This document shows, in pieces, positions 1 through 7,881 of a DNA stretch of 30,898 bases (its first letter is position 1; every line of letters begins with the position of its first letter). The stretch lies in IMG/VR virus record IMGVR_UViG_3300037631_004833, positions 1 to 30,898 of that record; one strand, given 5' to 3'. A program made the translations under genes and the position numbers. The notes under the pieces were generated by a model. It was not told the origin of the DNA. It saw only the letters and a list, made by a program, of their open reading frames with translations, and did not search any database. Source of the DNA: a virus. Lineage: Duplodnaviria > Caudoviricetes.

Positions 1-60
1 GGGGAAGTAAAAAAGTTAGTGACTGAATATAGAAAGCAGTCTGTAGCAGAAAATAAATAA
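1..60 (+). CDS. 3' end of a probable Hc1-type histone H1-like DNA-binding protein (partial)
   Basis: Frame 1 reads GEVKKLVTEYRKQSVAENK*, resembling the C-terminal helix of short Bacteroidota/phage Hc1-family proteins (..EFRKxSl..K); only 19 residues visible. Confidence 0.55.
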   Translation, partial: GEVKKLVTEYRKQSVAENK

Positions 61-82
61 TAAACAATTAAAATTAATAAAA

Positions 83-280
83 ATGGGTTATTATACCGCA
101 AAAGTCCAGTTAAGAGATGACTCTACTGGCAAAATGAAGAAAGTTACTGAAATGTATCTTGTTGAAGCAATGTCTGTCACCGAAGCAGAAGCTAAAGTAG
201 TTAAAGATTTTGGATCTACTACCTTAGAATATGAAGTAAAGGCGGTGTCTGCAAGTAAAATCATTAAAATTATTGAATAA
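83..280 (+). CDS. DUF4494 family protein
   Basis: KKVTEMYLVEAMSVTEAEAKV matches the KKVTExYLVdAxSxTEAEAr signature of this Bacteroidota-associated family. Confidence 0.85.
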   Translation: MGYYTAKVQLRDDSTGKMKKVTEMYLVEAMSVTEAEAKVVKDFGSTTLEYEVKAVSASKIIKIIE

Positions 281-576
281 TGTATAAGCAGGGAGAAACA
301 GTAATTGTTACAGAGCATATTGACAAAAAAACAAAACAAGTAAAAAATGAAGTAGGCGTTATCATGAAAGCCTTCGTTCATAAAAAGCAAACCTTTTACG
401 ATGTATTATTAGAGAGGAGGACAGCATTATCCTTTCTAAATACAGCAAAATCTTCTAAAAGACAGTTTATAAATAAAGGTCTTACTGAAAGATTAGTAGA
501 GTCTGGAGATATAGAATCAACTATACCATTCAAGTATATGTTAGACAATGAAGAACTTCCTATAATCATTGCATAA
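280..576 (+). CDS. Hypothetical protein, possible SH3/KOW-like N-terminus
   Basis: 98 aa, TAATG coupling at both ends; YKQGETVIV..VGVIM..YDVLL beta-strand pattern. Confidence 0.75.
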   Translation: MYKQGETVIVTEHIDKKTKQVKNEVGVIMKAFVHKKQTFYDVLLERRTALSFLNTAKSSKRQFINKGLTERLVESGDIESTIPFKYMLDNEELPIIIA

Positions 577-878
577 TGGCCAGACCAAAATTACCCGAGA
601 TAGATAAATTAAAGAAAAGAGTCAGGAAAAGATATCCTGGCTCTCAATGTATTCAAGACTCTATAGGAGAATTCTATATAGAATGGAAATCAGAAAACTT
701 AAATGATACATTCTTAATGGAAAATAGTTCTTCTGAAATAGAAGCGTGGAGACAAGCTAGCGTAACAGCTAAACACGAACAACATATCAATAGAACACAT
801 CCTTTAAAGGCTTTAATGTCTCAAGAACAAAAAAATCAAAATAAAGAACGTATAACCAGAAGAATAAGAAAAATATGA
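576..878 (+). CDS. Hypothetical protein, basic termini
   Basis: 100 aa, translationally coupled to both neighbours. Confidence 0.8.
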   Translation: MARPKLPEIDKLKKRVRKRYPGSQCIQDSIGEFYIEWKSENLNDTFLMENSSSEIEAWRQASVTAKHEQHINRTHPLKALMSQEQKNQNKERITRRIRKI

Positions 879-1270
879 CAGTAAAAACAGTAAATCAATC
901 ATGGGCAATACCTGATTCAATGATTGAACGTTACGGAAGAAATTGGGCAACAATAGATTTTGAAATTAATCCAAGACTTTCTAATTATGCGATAAATAAT
1001 GATCCATTAAATGTTGTAGTTGGACAGATCTGTTTGTGTAATAAAAAGCTAGATGCTAGTTTAAAACAATTAAAAATATTAAAAACAATCTTAGAACATA
1101 CAATTGTTGATATTCAATTATTACATTCAGATAAAAGCAAAGAAATAGAAGTAATGATTCTAAATAAACCATTTTATTTAAAATCTAGAGAAATTACAAG
1201 ATTATATGAAACTATCAATGATTCTATTGACACAATTCAGAAATCTTATAGGATAGGTTTATATTTATAA
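875..1270 (+). CDS. Hypothetical protein
   Basis: 131 aa, ATGA overlap with upstream gene. Confidence 0.8.
   Translation: MTVKTVNQSWAIPDSMIERYGRNWATIDFEINPRLSNYAINNDPLNVVVGQICLCNKKLDASLKQLKILKTILEHTIVDIQLLHSDKSKEIEVMILNKPFYLKSREITRLYETINDSIDTIQKSYRIGLYL
1261..1268 (+). promoter_or_regulatory. Putative late promoter box ATATTTAT
   Basis: Recurrent motif, here 10 nt before the ATG at 1279 and overlapping the end of the upstream gene. Confidence 0.55.
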
Positions 1271-1278
1271 TAAAGTAT

Positions 1279-1446
1279 ATGAATAAGAAATTTAAATATT
1301 TTTTTATATCTGATAGCAAAAAAGAAGCTATTGGAAAAGTAAATGCAAAAGATTTACAAGAAGCATATATTAAAGCATCATATATTAAAAAATTAGCTCC
1401 AATGCATTTTAAACAACTATTTGATGTGCAAGAAATAAATGAGTAA
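1279..1446 (+). CDS. Small hypothetical protein (55 aa, absent from ORF track)
   Basis: MNKKFKYFFISDSKKEAIGKVNAKDLQEAYIKASYIKKLAPMHFKQLFDVQEINE*; fills the gap and overlaps the next start. Confidence 0.8.
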   Translation: MNKKFKYFFISDSKKEAIGKVNAKDLQEAYIKASYIKKLAPMHFKQLFDVQEINE

Positions 1447-1870
1447 TTATTTAAAAGATATCGAAGTTCGATTGCCTGAATTTAATTTTTTTCAGCAGTT
1501 ATCAACTAGTGAAAAATTTTTATATTTAACAGAAATATATGAATTAGAAACTAAAAAAAATTCTGATACCAATATTGTTGAAAATCTTCAAACATTTTTC
1601 GAAGATGTAACAGAACTACAACAATATGATGTATTTAATACTGGTGGAGAAGAATTTGATAAAGTTGATGTTTTAGTAGATAATGAAAATTTAGTTTTAG
1701 AATCTAATAGTTTAAGTGCAGTTAGACAAATTAAAAATAGATTTATAGATGAAGGATATGTTATAACTAGAGATTCTGAAATAGAAAAAATGTTTAAGAA
1801 AAATAAATTAACACGATATTTACGTGTTTATAAGATTATAGGACGAGTTTTTCATTTGTGCTATAATTAA
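1439..1870 (+). CDS. Hypothetical protein
   Basis: 143 aa ORF with typical codon usage. Confidence 0.8.
   Translation: MSNYLKDIEVRLPEFNFFQQLSTSEKFLYLTEIYELETKKNSDTNIVENLQTFFEDVTELQQYDVFNTGGEEFDKVDVLVDNENLVLESNSLSAVRQIKNRFIDEGYVITRDSEIEKMFKKNKLTRYLRVYKIIGRVFHLCYN
1839..1867 (+). promoter_or_regulatory. Putative sigma70-like promoter for hsp20
   Basis: TAGGAC-N17-TATAAT with extended -10 TG (TGCTATAAT), upstream of a 95-nt intergenic leader. Confidence 0.5.
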
Positions 1871-1953
1871 TAATATAAGCATTGAGTCACGGTAGGTCTC
1901 AATTTTTATAAAATTAAATTTAAAAACGGTTAGCTAATGCAACCAAAAAACAC

Positions 1954-1960
1954 AGGAGGT
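1954..1960 (+). promoter_or_regulatory. Strong Shine-Dalgarno of hsp20
   Basis: AGGAGGT 5 nt before ATG 1966. Confidence 0.8.
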
Positions 1961-1965
1961 TTAAA

Positions 1966-2379
1966 ATGACACATTTTAAAGAAACACTATTATTCAATGA
2001 CTTCGATTTAGTTTGGAAAAACTTTTTCGATCAATCTTCTAAATTTTTACCGGTAACATCAAATAAAATGAATTATCCAGTTGATATATTTACAACTGAT
2101 TCAGGCATACAATTTGAAATTGCTGCAGTAGGTTTAGAAAAATCAGATATTGAAATTTTAACAGAAGGAGAAACGTTAAGAATTCGATATGACAAAGGTA
2201 AAGAAGAAAAACGTGAATTTATTCACAAAGGTATCGCTAAAAGAGCTTTTGATTTTGCTTGGAAAATATCTAAAGAATTAGATTTAACAAAAGCAGGCGC
2301 TGTAATGGAAAAAGGATTGTTAGCAATAGATATTCCATATGCTAAAGATAGAGCACCAAAGCGATTAACAATTAAATAA
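1966..2379 (+). CDS. hsp20: Small heat-shock protein (Hsp20/alpha-crystallin, IbpA-like)
   Basis: NYPVDI, EIAAVG, FIHKGIAKRAF, A.MEKGLLAIDIP and PKRLTIK motifs. Confidence 0.95.
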   Translation: MTHFKETLLFNDFDLVWKNFFDQSSKFLPVTSNKMNYPVDIFTTDSGIQFEIAAVGLEKSDIEILTEGETLRIRYDKGKEEKREFIHKGIAKRAFDFAWKISKELDLTKAGAVMEKGLLAIDIPYAKDRAPKRLTIK

Positions 2380-2384
2380 GTTAT

Positions 2385-2588
2385 ATGAGACCTACCAACT
2401 CAATGTATATATCTCCAACTATCGAGTATCAAAATAAAAGATTTAATATACGAAGATTAGTTCGAGAAAACCCAGAAGAAAATATAGAATACTGGAAATC
2501 ATTAATTGATCACGATCTTGTTTTAAGAAAAGATGGATATTTATGGTTTCTAATTGAAATTTCTCATGCTGAAATTGTAGAAGAATGA
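2385..2588 (+). CDS. Hypothetical protein
   Basis: 67 aa, ATGA overlap with the next gene. Confidence 0.75.
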   Translation: MRPTNSMYISPTIEYQNKRFNIRRLVRENPEENIEYWKSLIDHDLVLRKDGYLWFLIEISHAEIVEE

Positions 2589-3085
2589 AAAAGAAAAAAT
2601 TACCAAAATATATACAAGAAAAATTTAAAAAACAACAATTTAAAATTGGAGACATTGTTAAATGGGAATTTTTAGGAGAGTCTGGTTGGGGAGTTGTTAA
2701 AAAAATATTAAATGCAAATGATAAAATTACTTATATGGTTAAAACAAGCAAGTACACGTATCCTTGCGGTATTCAAATCAAAGAATACTCAAGTTACTAC
2801 GCCGGATCTATCGACTACGAGACTTCAAAAAATAGATCAAATAATGTCAAAGCCGGAGTTTCAACAACTGAAACACGAACTAACAATCAAACAAGGAAAC
2901 GACTTTCTAGATCTAATAGCGACTCAATATCAGATACAAGATCTAACAGTAGGACAACGAATGATATTGGGAATGGCAATGAACAATACATTGAAACAAA
3001 TTCAAGAAGCAAAAAATCGATTGAAAGAACGGAATTAGACAAAGAGTTTGATAAACAGAAACATTTTTTGCGTAGATTTACGTAA
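2585..3085 (+). CDS. Hypothetical protein: SH3/KOW-like N-domain, polar linker and short C-terminal helix
   Basis: FKIGDIVKW..GWGVVKKI..YMVK; residues ~87-151 are S/T/N/R-rich where a second ORF overlaps. Confidence 0.75.
   Translation: MKKKKLPKYIQEKFKKQQFKIGDIVKWEFLGESGWGVVKKILNANDKITYMVKTSKYTYPCGIQIKEYSSYYAGSIDYETSKNRSNNVKAGVSTTETRTNNQTRKRLSRSNSDSISDTRSNSRTTNDIGNGNEQYIETNSRSKKSIERTELDKEFDKQKHFLRRFT
2844..3038 (+). CDS. Nested 64-aa helical protein in the +1 frame (likely real start of track ORF 2712..3038)
   Basis: MSKPEFQQLKHELTIKQGNDFLDLIATQYQIQDLTVGQRMILGMAMNNTLKQIQEAKNRLKERN has protein-like amphipathic composition and an A-rich upstream region. Confidence 0.55.
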   Translation: MSKPEFQQLKHELTIKQGNDFLDLIATQYQIQDLTVGQRMILGMAMNNTLKQIQEAKNRLKERN

Positions 3086-3089
3086 GTTA

Positions 3090-3097
3090 ATATTTAT
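3090..3097 (+). promoter_or_regulatory. Putative late promoter box ATATTTAT
   Basis: Intergenic, followed by AAGGAG SD and ATG 3113. Confidence 0.65.
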
Positions 3098-3112
3098 TAA
3101 AAAGGAGAAATT

Positions 3113-3268
3113 ATGGAAAAGATTAAAAACATAGTTAATTCATCATGGTTTAAGGCAGCTGCTATTGGTGGCATAGGTCTTTTATTATTATTAGATAAAA
3201 ATATATTTTATTCTGGTATTGCATTTGGTATCGCAGTAAGAGAATTTTTATTAGCATTTAAAAAATAA
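3113..3268 (+). CDS. Small membrane protein, two hydrophobic segments (51 aa, absent from ORF track)
   Basis: MEKIKNIVNSSWFKAAAIGGIGLLLLLDKNIFYSGIAFGIAVREFLLAFKK*; SD AAGGAG. Confidence 0.8.
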   Translation: MEKIKNIVNSSWFKAAAIGGIGLLLLLDKNIFYSGIAFGIAVREFLLAFKK

Positions 3269-3289
3269 ATTAAAAAAAAGGGTTATAAT

Positions 3290-3463
3290 ATGAGTACTAT
3301 TAACAAAGATTTAGTTAGAGATCTAGTAACAGATTCTGCAGATATAGTTAGATCAATGGGAAGATCAATTGAAAACGGCCATCTAGATATTAATTCAGCG
3401 TTAAATAATTTATCAGCTGCATTAAGAAAACTAGAAGCTGCGTCTGAACATTTAAGAAAATAA
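3290..3463 (+). CDS. Small helical protein (57 aa, absent from ORF track)
   Basis: MSTINKDLVRDLVTDSADIVRSMGRSIENGHLDINSALNNLSAALRKLEAASEHLRK*; TAATG coupling to the next gene. Confidence 0.8.
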   Translation: MSTINKDLVRDLVTDSADIVRSMGRSIENGHLDINSALNNLSAALRKLEAASEHLRK

Positions 3464-4497
3464 TGAAAAAATATTTTCCGTATTTAGTATTAATAGCGGC
3501 ATTGGCTTTAGCGTCAAGTGCCGCTTATTACAGTGTATATGGAATTAGTAAATTATTTTCTGCACAAGCTATAGCAGTAGCTATCATGGCCGGCACATTA
3601 GAAGCTTCAAAATTAATTGCTGCTACATATTTACATAGATATTGGAAAAAAATAAATTTTTTATTTAAATTGTATTTAACATCTGCTGTTATTATATTAA
3701 TGTTTATTACATCAATTGGAATATATGGATTTTTAACAGCATCATATCAAACTACTGCAAATGAATTATTTGTTATGGATAAAGAAATATCTATTATTGA
3801 AATGAAAAAATCTAGATATTTAGAACAATTAACTGGATATACTTCTGAAAAAACACAATTAGCTAGTTCAATAACTGAATTAACAAAAGGTCTTTCAAAT
3901 AATAAAGTTCAATGGAGAGATAAGGAAACAGGACAAATTATCACATCAACTTCAAGTAGAACTAGAAAAGTATTACAAACTCAATTAAATGATTTTAAAA
4001 CACAACGAAATAAGGTATCTTTAAAAATAGAATCGTTAACAGATTCAATAACAAAACTAGATCTACAAGTTTTAGATTTACAATCTAATTCAGAAGTAGC
4101 TAATGAAATAGGACCTTTAAAATATGTATCAGAATTATTAAATCGTCCCATGAATCAAGTTGTAAATTGGTTTATATTAATTTTTATATTTGTATTTGAT
4201 CCATTAGCTGTAGTTTTATTAATTGCTGCAAATAAAGCTTTTGACATAATTACTCCAAAAATAAAAGAAAATATATATGGAGAAAAAGTTATAAAAAATA
4301 GTGATCCGGAAGCTTTTAGGCCTCCACATCCATCTGATGCAACTGCAGCTCCTTATTCTGACACCAAAGATTTTCTTGAAGAAGAAGCTGAAAGAAGAAT
4401 AGATATTATAGGTCAAAATGGAAATGACGGATTACATTATAAAGAAGAAAAGAAAAATAATACTCCTATACCAGGAAAAACAAGAGTTATATCATGA
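3463..4497 (+). CDS. Membrane protein: three N-terminal TM helices, long coiled coil, C-terminal TM
   Basis: Hydrophobic stretches at residues ~5-30, 35-57 and 66-92; heptad region; WFILIFIFVFDPLAVVLLIAA. Confidence 0.85.
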   Translation: MKKYFPYLVLIAALALASSAAYYSVYGISKLFSAQAIAVAIMAGTLEASKLIAATYLHRYWKKINFLFKLYLTSAVIILMFITSIGIYGFLTASYQTTANELFVMDKEISIIEMKKSRYLEQLTGYTSEKTQLASSITELTKGLSNNKVQWRDKETGQIITSTSSRTRKVLQTQLNDFKTQRNKVSLKIESLTDSITKLDLQVLDLQSNSEVANEIGPLKYVSELLNRPMNQVVNWFILIFIFVFDPLAVVLLIAANKAFDIITPKIKENIYGEKVIKNSDPEAFRPPHPSDATAAPYSDTKDFLEEEAERRIDIIGQNGNDGLHYKEEKKNNTPIPGKTRVIS

Positions 4498-4640
4498 AAA
4501 AAGAAAAATCAACAAAAACGTTACAATGCAGATGTAAAGACTGTACTAATATAGTAGAAGTTGCTAAAACATCAATATCAGTTGTATGTTCTTTCTGTAC
4601 ATTTAAAATGGCAGAAGGTATATTGGAATATTCCAAATAA
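4494..4640 (+). CDS. Small zinc-ribbon protein (48 aa, absent from ORF track)
   Basis: MKKEKSTKTLQCRCKDCTNIVEVAKTSISVVCSFCTFKMAEGILEYSK* has two CxxC pairs; ATGA overlap. Confidence 0.8.
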   Translation: MKKEKSTKTLQCRCKDCTNIVEVAKTSISVVCSFCTFKMAEGILEYSK

Positions 4641-4651
4641 TTTATTATAAT
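4623..4651 (+). promoter_or_regulatory. Putative sigma70-like promoter with overlapping 14-bp palindrome
   Basis: TTGGAA-N17-TATAAT; TTGGAATATTCCAA (4623-4636) is a perfect palindrome. Confidence 0.6.
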
Positions 4652-4663
4652 AAATAAAAAGTT

Positions 4664-5440
4664 ATGTTAGAAGCTGAAAAAATTAAATCAAACTGGGATG
4701 AATATAGAAATAGAGTTAATACTTTATTTCCAGAAAGAGCAGACAAATTAAATAAATTATATGATGATTATGAAGATCGTATCATAATGATGCCTGCTTC
4801 TTCTGTTGCACATTATCATAATGCATTTGCCGGTGGATATATAGATCATGTACTAAGAGTAATGGATTGCGTAAATAAATTATATGATTCATGGGAAAGT
4901 ATGGGATCTGATATGTCTGGATATTCTAAACAAGAAATGATGTTTGCTGCTATGCATCATGATTTAGGTAAATGTGGATTTCCTGGAAATGGTAGAGAAG
5001 TATATCAAGTAGAAACATCAGATTGGCATAGAAAAAATATGGGAAGAATGTACAAACATAATGAAAATATTCCTTTTACAATGGTACCAGATCTTTCAAT
5101 ATATTTACTTCAAAAATATCAAATTCAAATGTCTTGGAATGAGTTTCAAGCTATTAGAATACATGATGGTATATATGATGATGCTAATAAACCATATTTT
5201 ATTGCAAGATCAGCACAAGCTAAATTAAAAACCAATTTACCTTTATTATTACATCATGCAGATCATATGGCATCTCAAATAGAATATGAAAAATGGAGAT
5301 CTCATAAAAATAATTCTCCTAATCCGGTTAGTGCAAAAACAAAAGCTACTAAAAAAACTGCAATTAAAAATTTAGCAGAACAAAATCCAGATATTGACAA
5401 ATCAATTACGGATATATTTAAAACATTTGGAGACTCATGA
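4664..5440 (+). CDS. HD-domain metal-dependent phosphohydrolase (YhaM/Cbf1-like nuclease domain)
   Basis: PAS..HYHNAF.GG..DH, HHDLGK, IRIHDG and LLHHAD motifs. Confidence 0.9.
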   Translation: MLEAEKIKSNWDEYRNRVNTLFPERADKLNKLYDDYEDRIIMMPASSVAHYHNAFAGGYIDHVLRVMDCVNKLYDSWESMGSDMSGYSKQEMMFAAMHHDLGKCGFPGNGREVYQVETSDWHRKNMGRMYKHNENIPFTMVPDLSIYLLQKYQIQMSWNEFQAIRIHDGIYDDANKPYFIARSAQAKLKTNLPLLLHHADHMASQIEYEKWRSHKNNSPNPVSAKTKATKKTAIKNLAEQNPDIDKSITDIFKTFGDS

Positions 5441-5727
5441 TTGAAATTATATTATTAATATTATTATCAGGAGTATTATCTTATTTTATTTATAGAGCGT
5501 ATACATTAGCTGGTACCGTTGCTGATCAAGAAGAATATATTCAAGAATTAGAAGATTATTCTCAATATATGTATAATCAAATAAAAGAATCATATACACA
5601 ATTAACTAGGGTTGATAGTAAAGGCGCGTTTGAACAAGATGACGAAACTGGTACTGTATTTGAACAATTAAAACAAGTAGTAACAAACTTAGAGAAAGAA
5701 TTTAATGCCGAGAAAGAAAAAAGCTAG
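5437..5727 (+). CDS. Single-pass membrane-anchored acidic coiled-coil protein
   Basis: N-terminal IILLILLSGVLSYFIY followed by an E/Q-rich helix. Confidence 0.8.
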   Translation: MIEIILLILLSGVLSYFIYRAYTLAGTVADQEEYIQELEDYSQYMYNQIKESYTQLTRVDSKGAFEQDDETGTVFEQLKQVVTNLEKEFNAEKEKS

Positions 5728-6406
5728 TAATAGATATTGGACTAAAGTAACTGAATACTCTGTTGCTGCATATAATCGTTCTAATGATAATCAAATATTA
5801 AAAGAAAAGATATACAGGCGATTTATTTATCCTGCTTTTATGAAATTATCAGAAAATCTAATTAATAAGATGAAATGTGATTATATTGATTCATCTTTTA
5901 AAGATCTACAAACTGATTTAGTTACTTATCTAACAATGCGATTAGATAAATTTAATCCTTCTGCAGGTAAAGCATATTCATATTATACAAGAACATCATT
6001 TAATTATTTAATTGCTGAAAATCAAAAAGGATATTCAAAGTTAAAAAAAGAGTCTGAACCTATTAATGTTGATGAAGAAAGAAATATACCAACAGAAATG
6101 CATAACATGGAAATGCAAGAACTTTTAAAGTATTTTATGAATGCATATGTTGAATATTGTTATGATAATATAAATAGAATATTTACAAATCAGTCTGACA
6201 TTCACGTAGCTGATTCAATATTACATTTATTTGAGAATCGTGAAAATATAGAGCAATATAATAAAAAAGCATTATATGTATTTATACGTGAGCGTACAGG
6301 ACTTCAAACTAATAATATTACTAAGGTAATTAAAGTCCTAAAACAAATATATACAACAAAATTCAAAGAATATGAACAAAATGAATTCGTGAATTTACCC
6401 TTTTAA
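5705..6406 (+). CDS. Phage sigma factor, T4 gp55-like (late transcription), with C-terminal helical extension
   Basis: AFMKLSENLINK and RLDKFNPSAGKAYSYYTRTSFNYLI resemble gp55/sigma region 2 (..NFD...NPHAYITQACFNAF); lies just upstream of the structural module. Confidence 0.7.
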   Translation: MPRKKKASNRYWTKVTEYSVAAYNRSNDNQILKEKIYRRFIYPAFMKLSENLINKMKCDYIDSSFKDLQTDLVTYLTMRLDKFNPSAGKAYSYYTRTSFNYLIAENQKGYSKLKKESEPINVDEERNIPTEMHNMEMQELLKYFMNAYVEYCYDNINRIFTNQSDIHVADSILHLFENRENIEQYNKKALYVFIRERTGLQTNNITKVIKVLKQIYTTKFKEYEQNEFVNLPF

Positions 6407-6413
6407 TATTTAT
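6406..6413 (+). promoter_or_regulatory. Putative late promoter box ATATTTAT
   Basis: Intergenic, 18 nt before ATG 6432, heading the structural module. Confidence 0.65.
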
Positions 6414-6431
6414 ATTTAAAAGGATCGTATA

Positions 6432-6866
6432 ATGGATATTAAAGAAGAATTATTTAAAGGAGTCAGTTTTTCTGATTTAATGTCAAATGTTTATCATAAT
6501 TCTAAAAAGAAAGATAGACAAATAAATCAGTTAATATCTCAACTGCAACCTTTAATAAGAAATGCATCAGACGCTACTATAATAGTTCCTTTAATTAAAG
6601 AATATTTAGACGTAGCAGTAAAAAATGATGATCATATAGTTAAATTAACTGCTATCACTCAACGTTATATTTCAACTACCCAGACTATATCTGGAGAATC
6701 ATCGTTATTAAGTGAATCTGAAAAGAAAGAATTATTAGGAATGGCATCTAAAGAATTTGAAGATGAGTTAACAGATGAAATAGAAAAGATAGAAGACGAA
6801 GATAAAGAGCTTCAGGAAAAAATTCAAAAAGCTAAAGATTTAGTATCAGGAGATAATAATGGCTAA
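6432..6866 (+). CDS. Hypothetical helical protein with acidic C-terminus (possibly small-terminase-like)
   Basis: 144 aa, all-helical pattern; the function guess is weak. Confidence 0.7.
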   Translation: MDIKEELFKGVSFSDLMSNVYHNSKKKDRQINQLISQLQPLIRNASDATIIVPLIKEYLDVAVKNDDHIVKLTAITQRYISTTQTISGESSLLSESEKKELLGMASKEFEDELTDEIEKIEDEDKELQEKIQKAKDLVSGDNNG

Positions 6867-7866
6867 TCCGTTTAGAGTTACATTTGAAATTGCAGAAGTT
6901 ATAGACGTTGAACAAATTCGCACAGGTGAAAATCAAGAAAATTTATATTCTGTTTCTGCAGAAATATATAATACTAGTACCGTACAACATGACGTTCAAG
7001 TAAGGCCGGCTTCAATTAACATGCAAACTCCTCCTACAGTGGGAGAAATAATTTTAATATTCAATGGACCAAATCAATATAGTGGACGTAATAATGTAGA
7101 ATTACAATGGTATTATTTATGCACATTACCAATACAATCTTCTATTTATAAAAATGTATTGCCTAGTACAGATAAATCAAATGTAAATGAAAATGTATTG
7201 CCAACAAAAACAATAAATCCGTTACAAGCATTTTCTGGAGATACATTAATTCAAGGAAGATTTGGAAATTCTATACGGTTAGGAAGTTCAGCAATACAAA
7301 AAGATGTATCTCAAACTTCTATTATGCCTAGTTGGTTTGGAAATAATTCTACTAATAAATTAAATTCTGATCCCATAATTATTCTATCAAATACATCTAA
7401 ACATTCTAGTAATAATCAAGATCCATATGGACGAAAGTATTCTATAGAAAATATTGATACAGATGCATCATCATTATATCTAACTACAACACAGCAAATA
7501 AATAATTTATCATTAAATAAAAATACAAATAAATCAGGTGGATATTTAAATTTTAAACAATCACAATTAATTGGCACAGCTGATAGAATATTATTAAGTT
7601 CAAAAACAAATAATATAATATTAGATTCTTCAAATCGAATAAGTTTAAATGCAGACGAAATATTATTAGGATCTGAAGATGCTGCAGAACCAATGGTGCA
7701 TGGAAAAGAATTAATTGAAATATTAACATTAATAATGGATTCAATTCAAGCTGGAATGTTTGGTAGTGGAGGAATATATTCACTTCCAGCAGATAATCCA
7801 TCAATTGATGAAGCTAGAAAAAAATTATCAAAATTAATAAGTACAAAATACTTTATGAAAAAATAA
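6859..7866 (+). CDS. Baseplate spike/hub protein (gp5 N-terminal OB-fold/gpV-like, no lysozyme domain)
   Basis: PPTVGEIILI OB motif, GDTLIQGRFGNSIRLGS, beta-strand repeats, C-terminal ILLGS..A.EPMVHG; upstream of gp25. Confidence 0.7.
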   Translation: MANPFRVTFEIAEVIDVEQIRTGENQENLYSVSAEIYNTSTVQHDVQVRPASINMQTPPTVGEIILIFNGPNQYSGRNNVELQWYYLCTLPIQSSIYKNVLPSTDKSNVNENVLPTKTINPLQAFSGDTLIQGRFGNSIRLGSSAIQKDVSQTSIMPSWFGNNSTNKLNSDPIIILSNTSKHSSNNQDPYGRKYSIENIDTDASSLYLTTTQQINNLSLNKNTNKSGGYLNFKQSQLIGTADRILLSSKTNNIILDSSNRISLNADEILLGSEDAAEPMVHGKELIEILTLIMDSIQAGMFGSGGIYSLPADNPSIDEARKKLSKLISTKYFMKK

Positions 7867-7881
7867 AAGAAAGTTATAATT

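Noticed and set aside
1871-1965. CIRCE or canonical ROSE element before hsp20
   Set aside because: No TTAGCACTC-N9-GAGTGCTAA, and no U(U/C)GCU anti-SD pairing
2712-2843. N-terminal 44 codons of track ORF 2712..3038
   Set aside because: Overlaps the well-formed SH3-like domain and reads like off-frame sequence; ATG 2844 is the better start
4664-5440. Cas3 HD domain or DatZ (Z-genome) assignment
   Set aside because: Motifs fit YhaM-like HD proteins; no cas genes or purZ in the window
6432-6866. Firm small terminase call
   Set aside because: Only size, helicity and late position support it; no large terminase is adjacent
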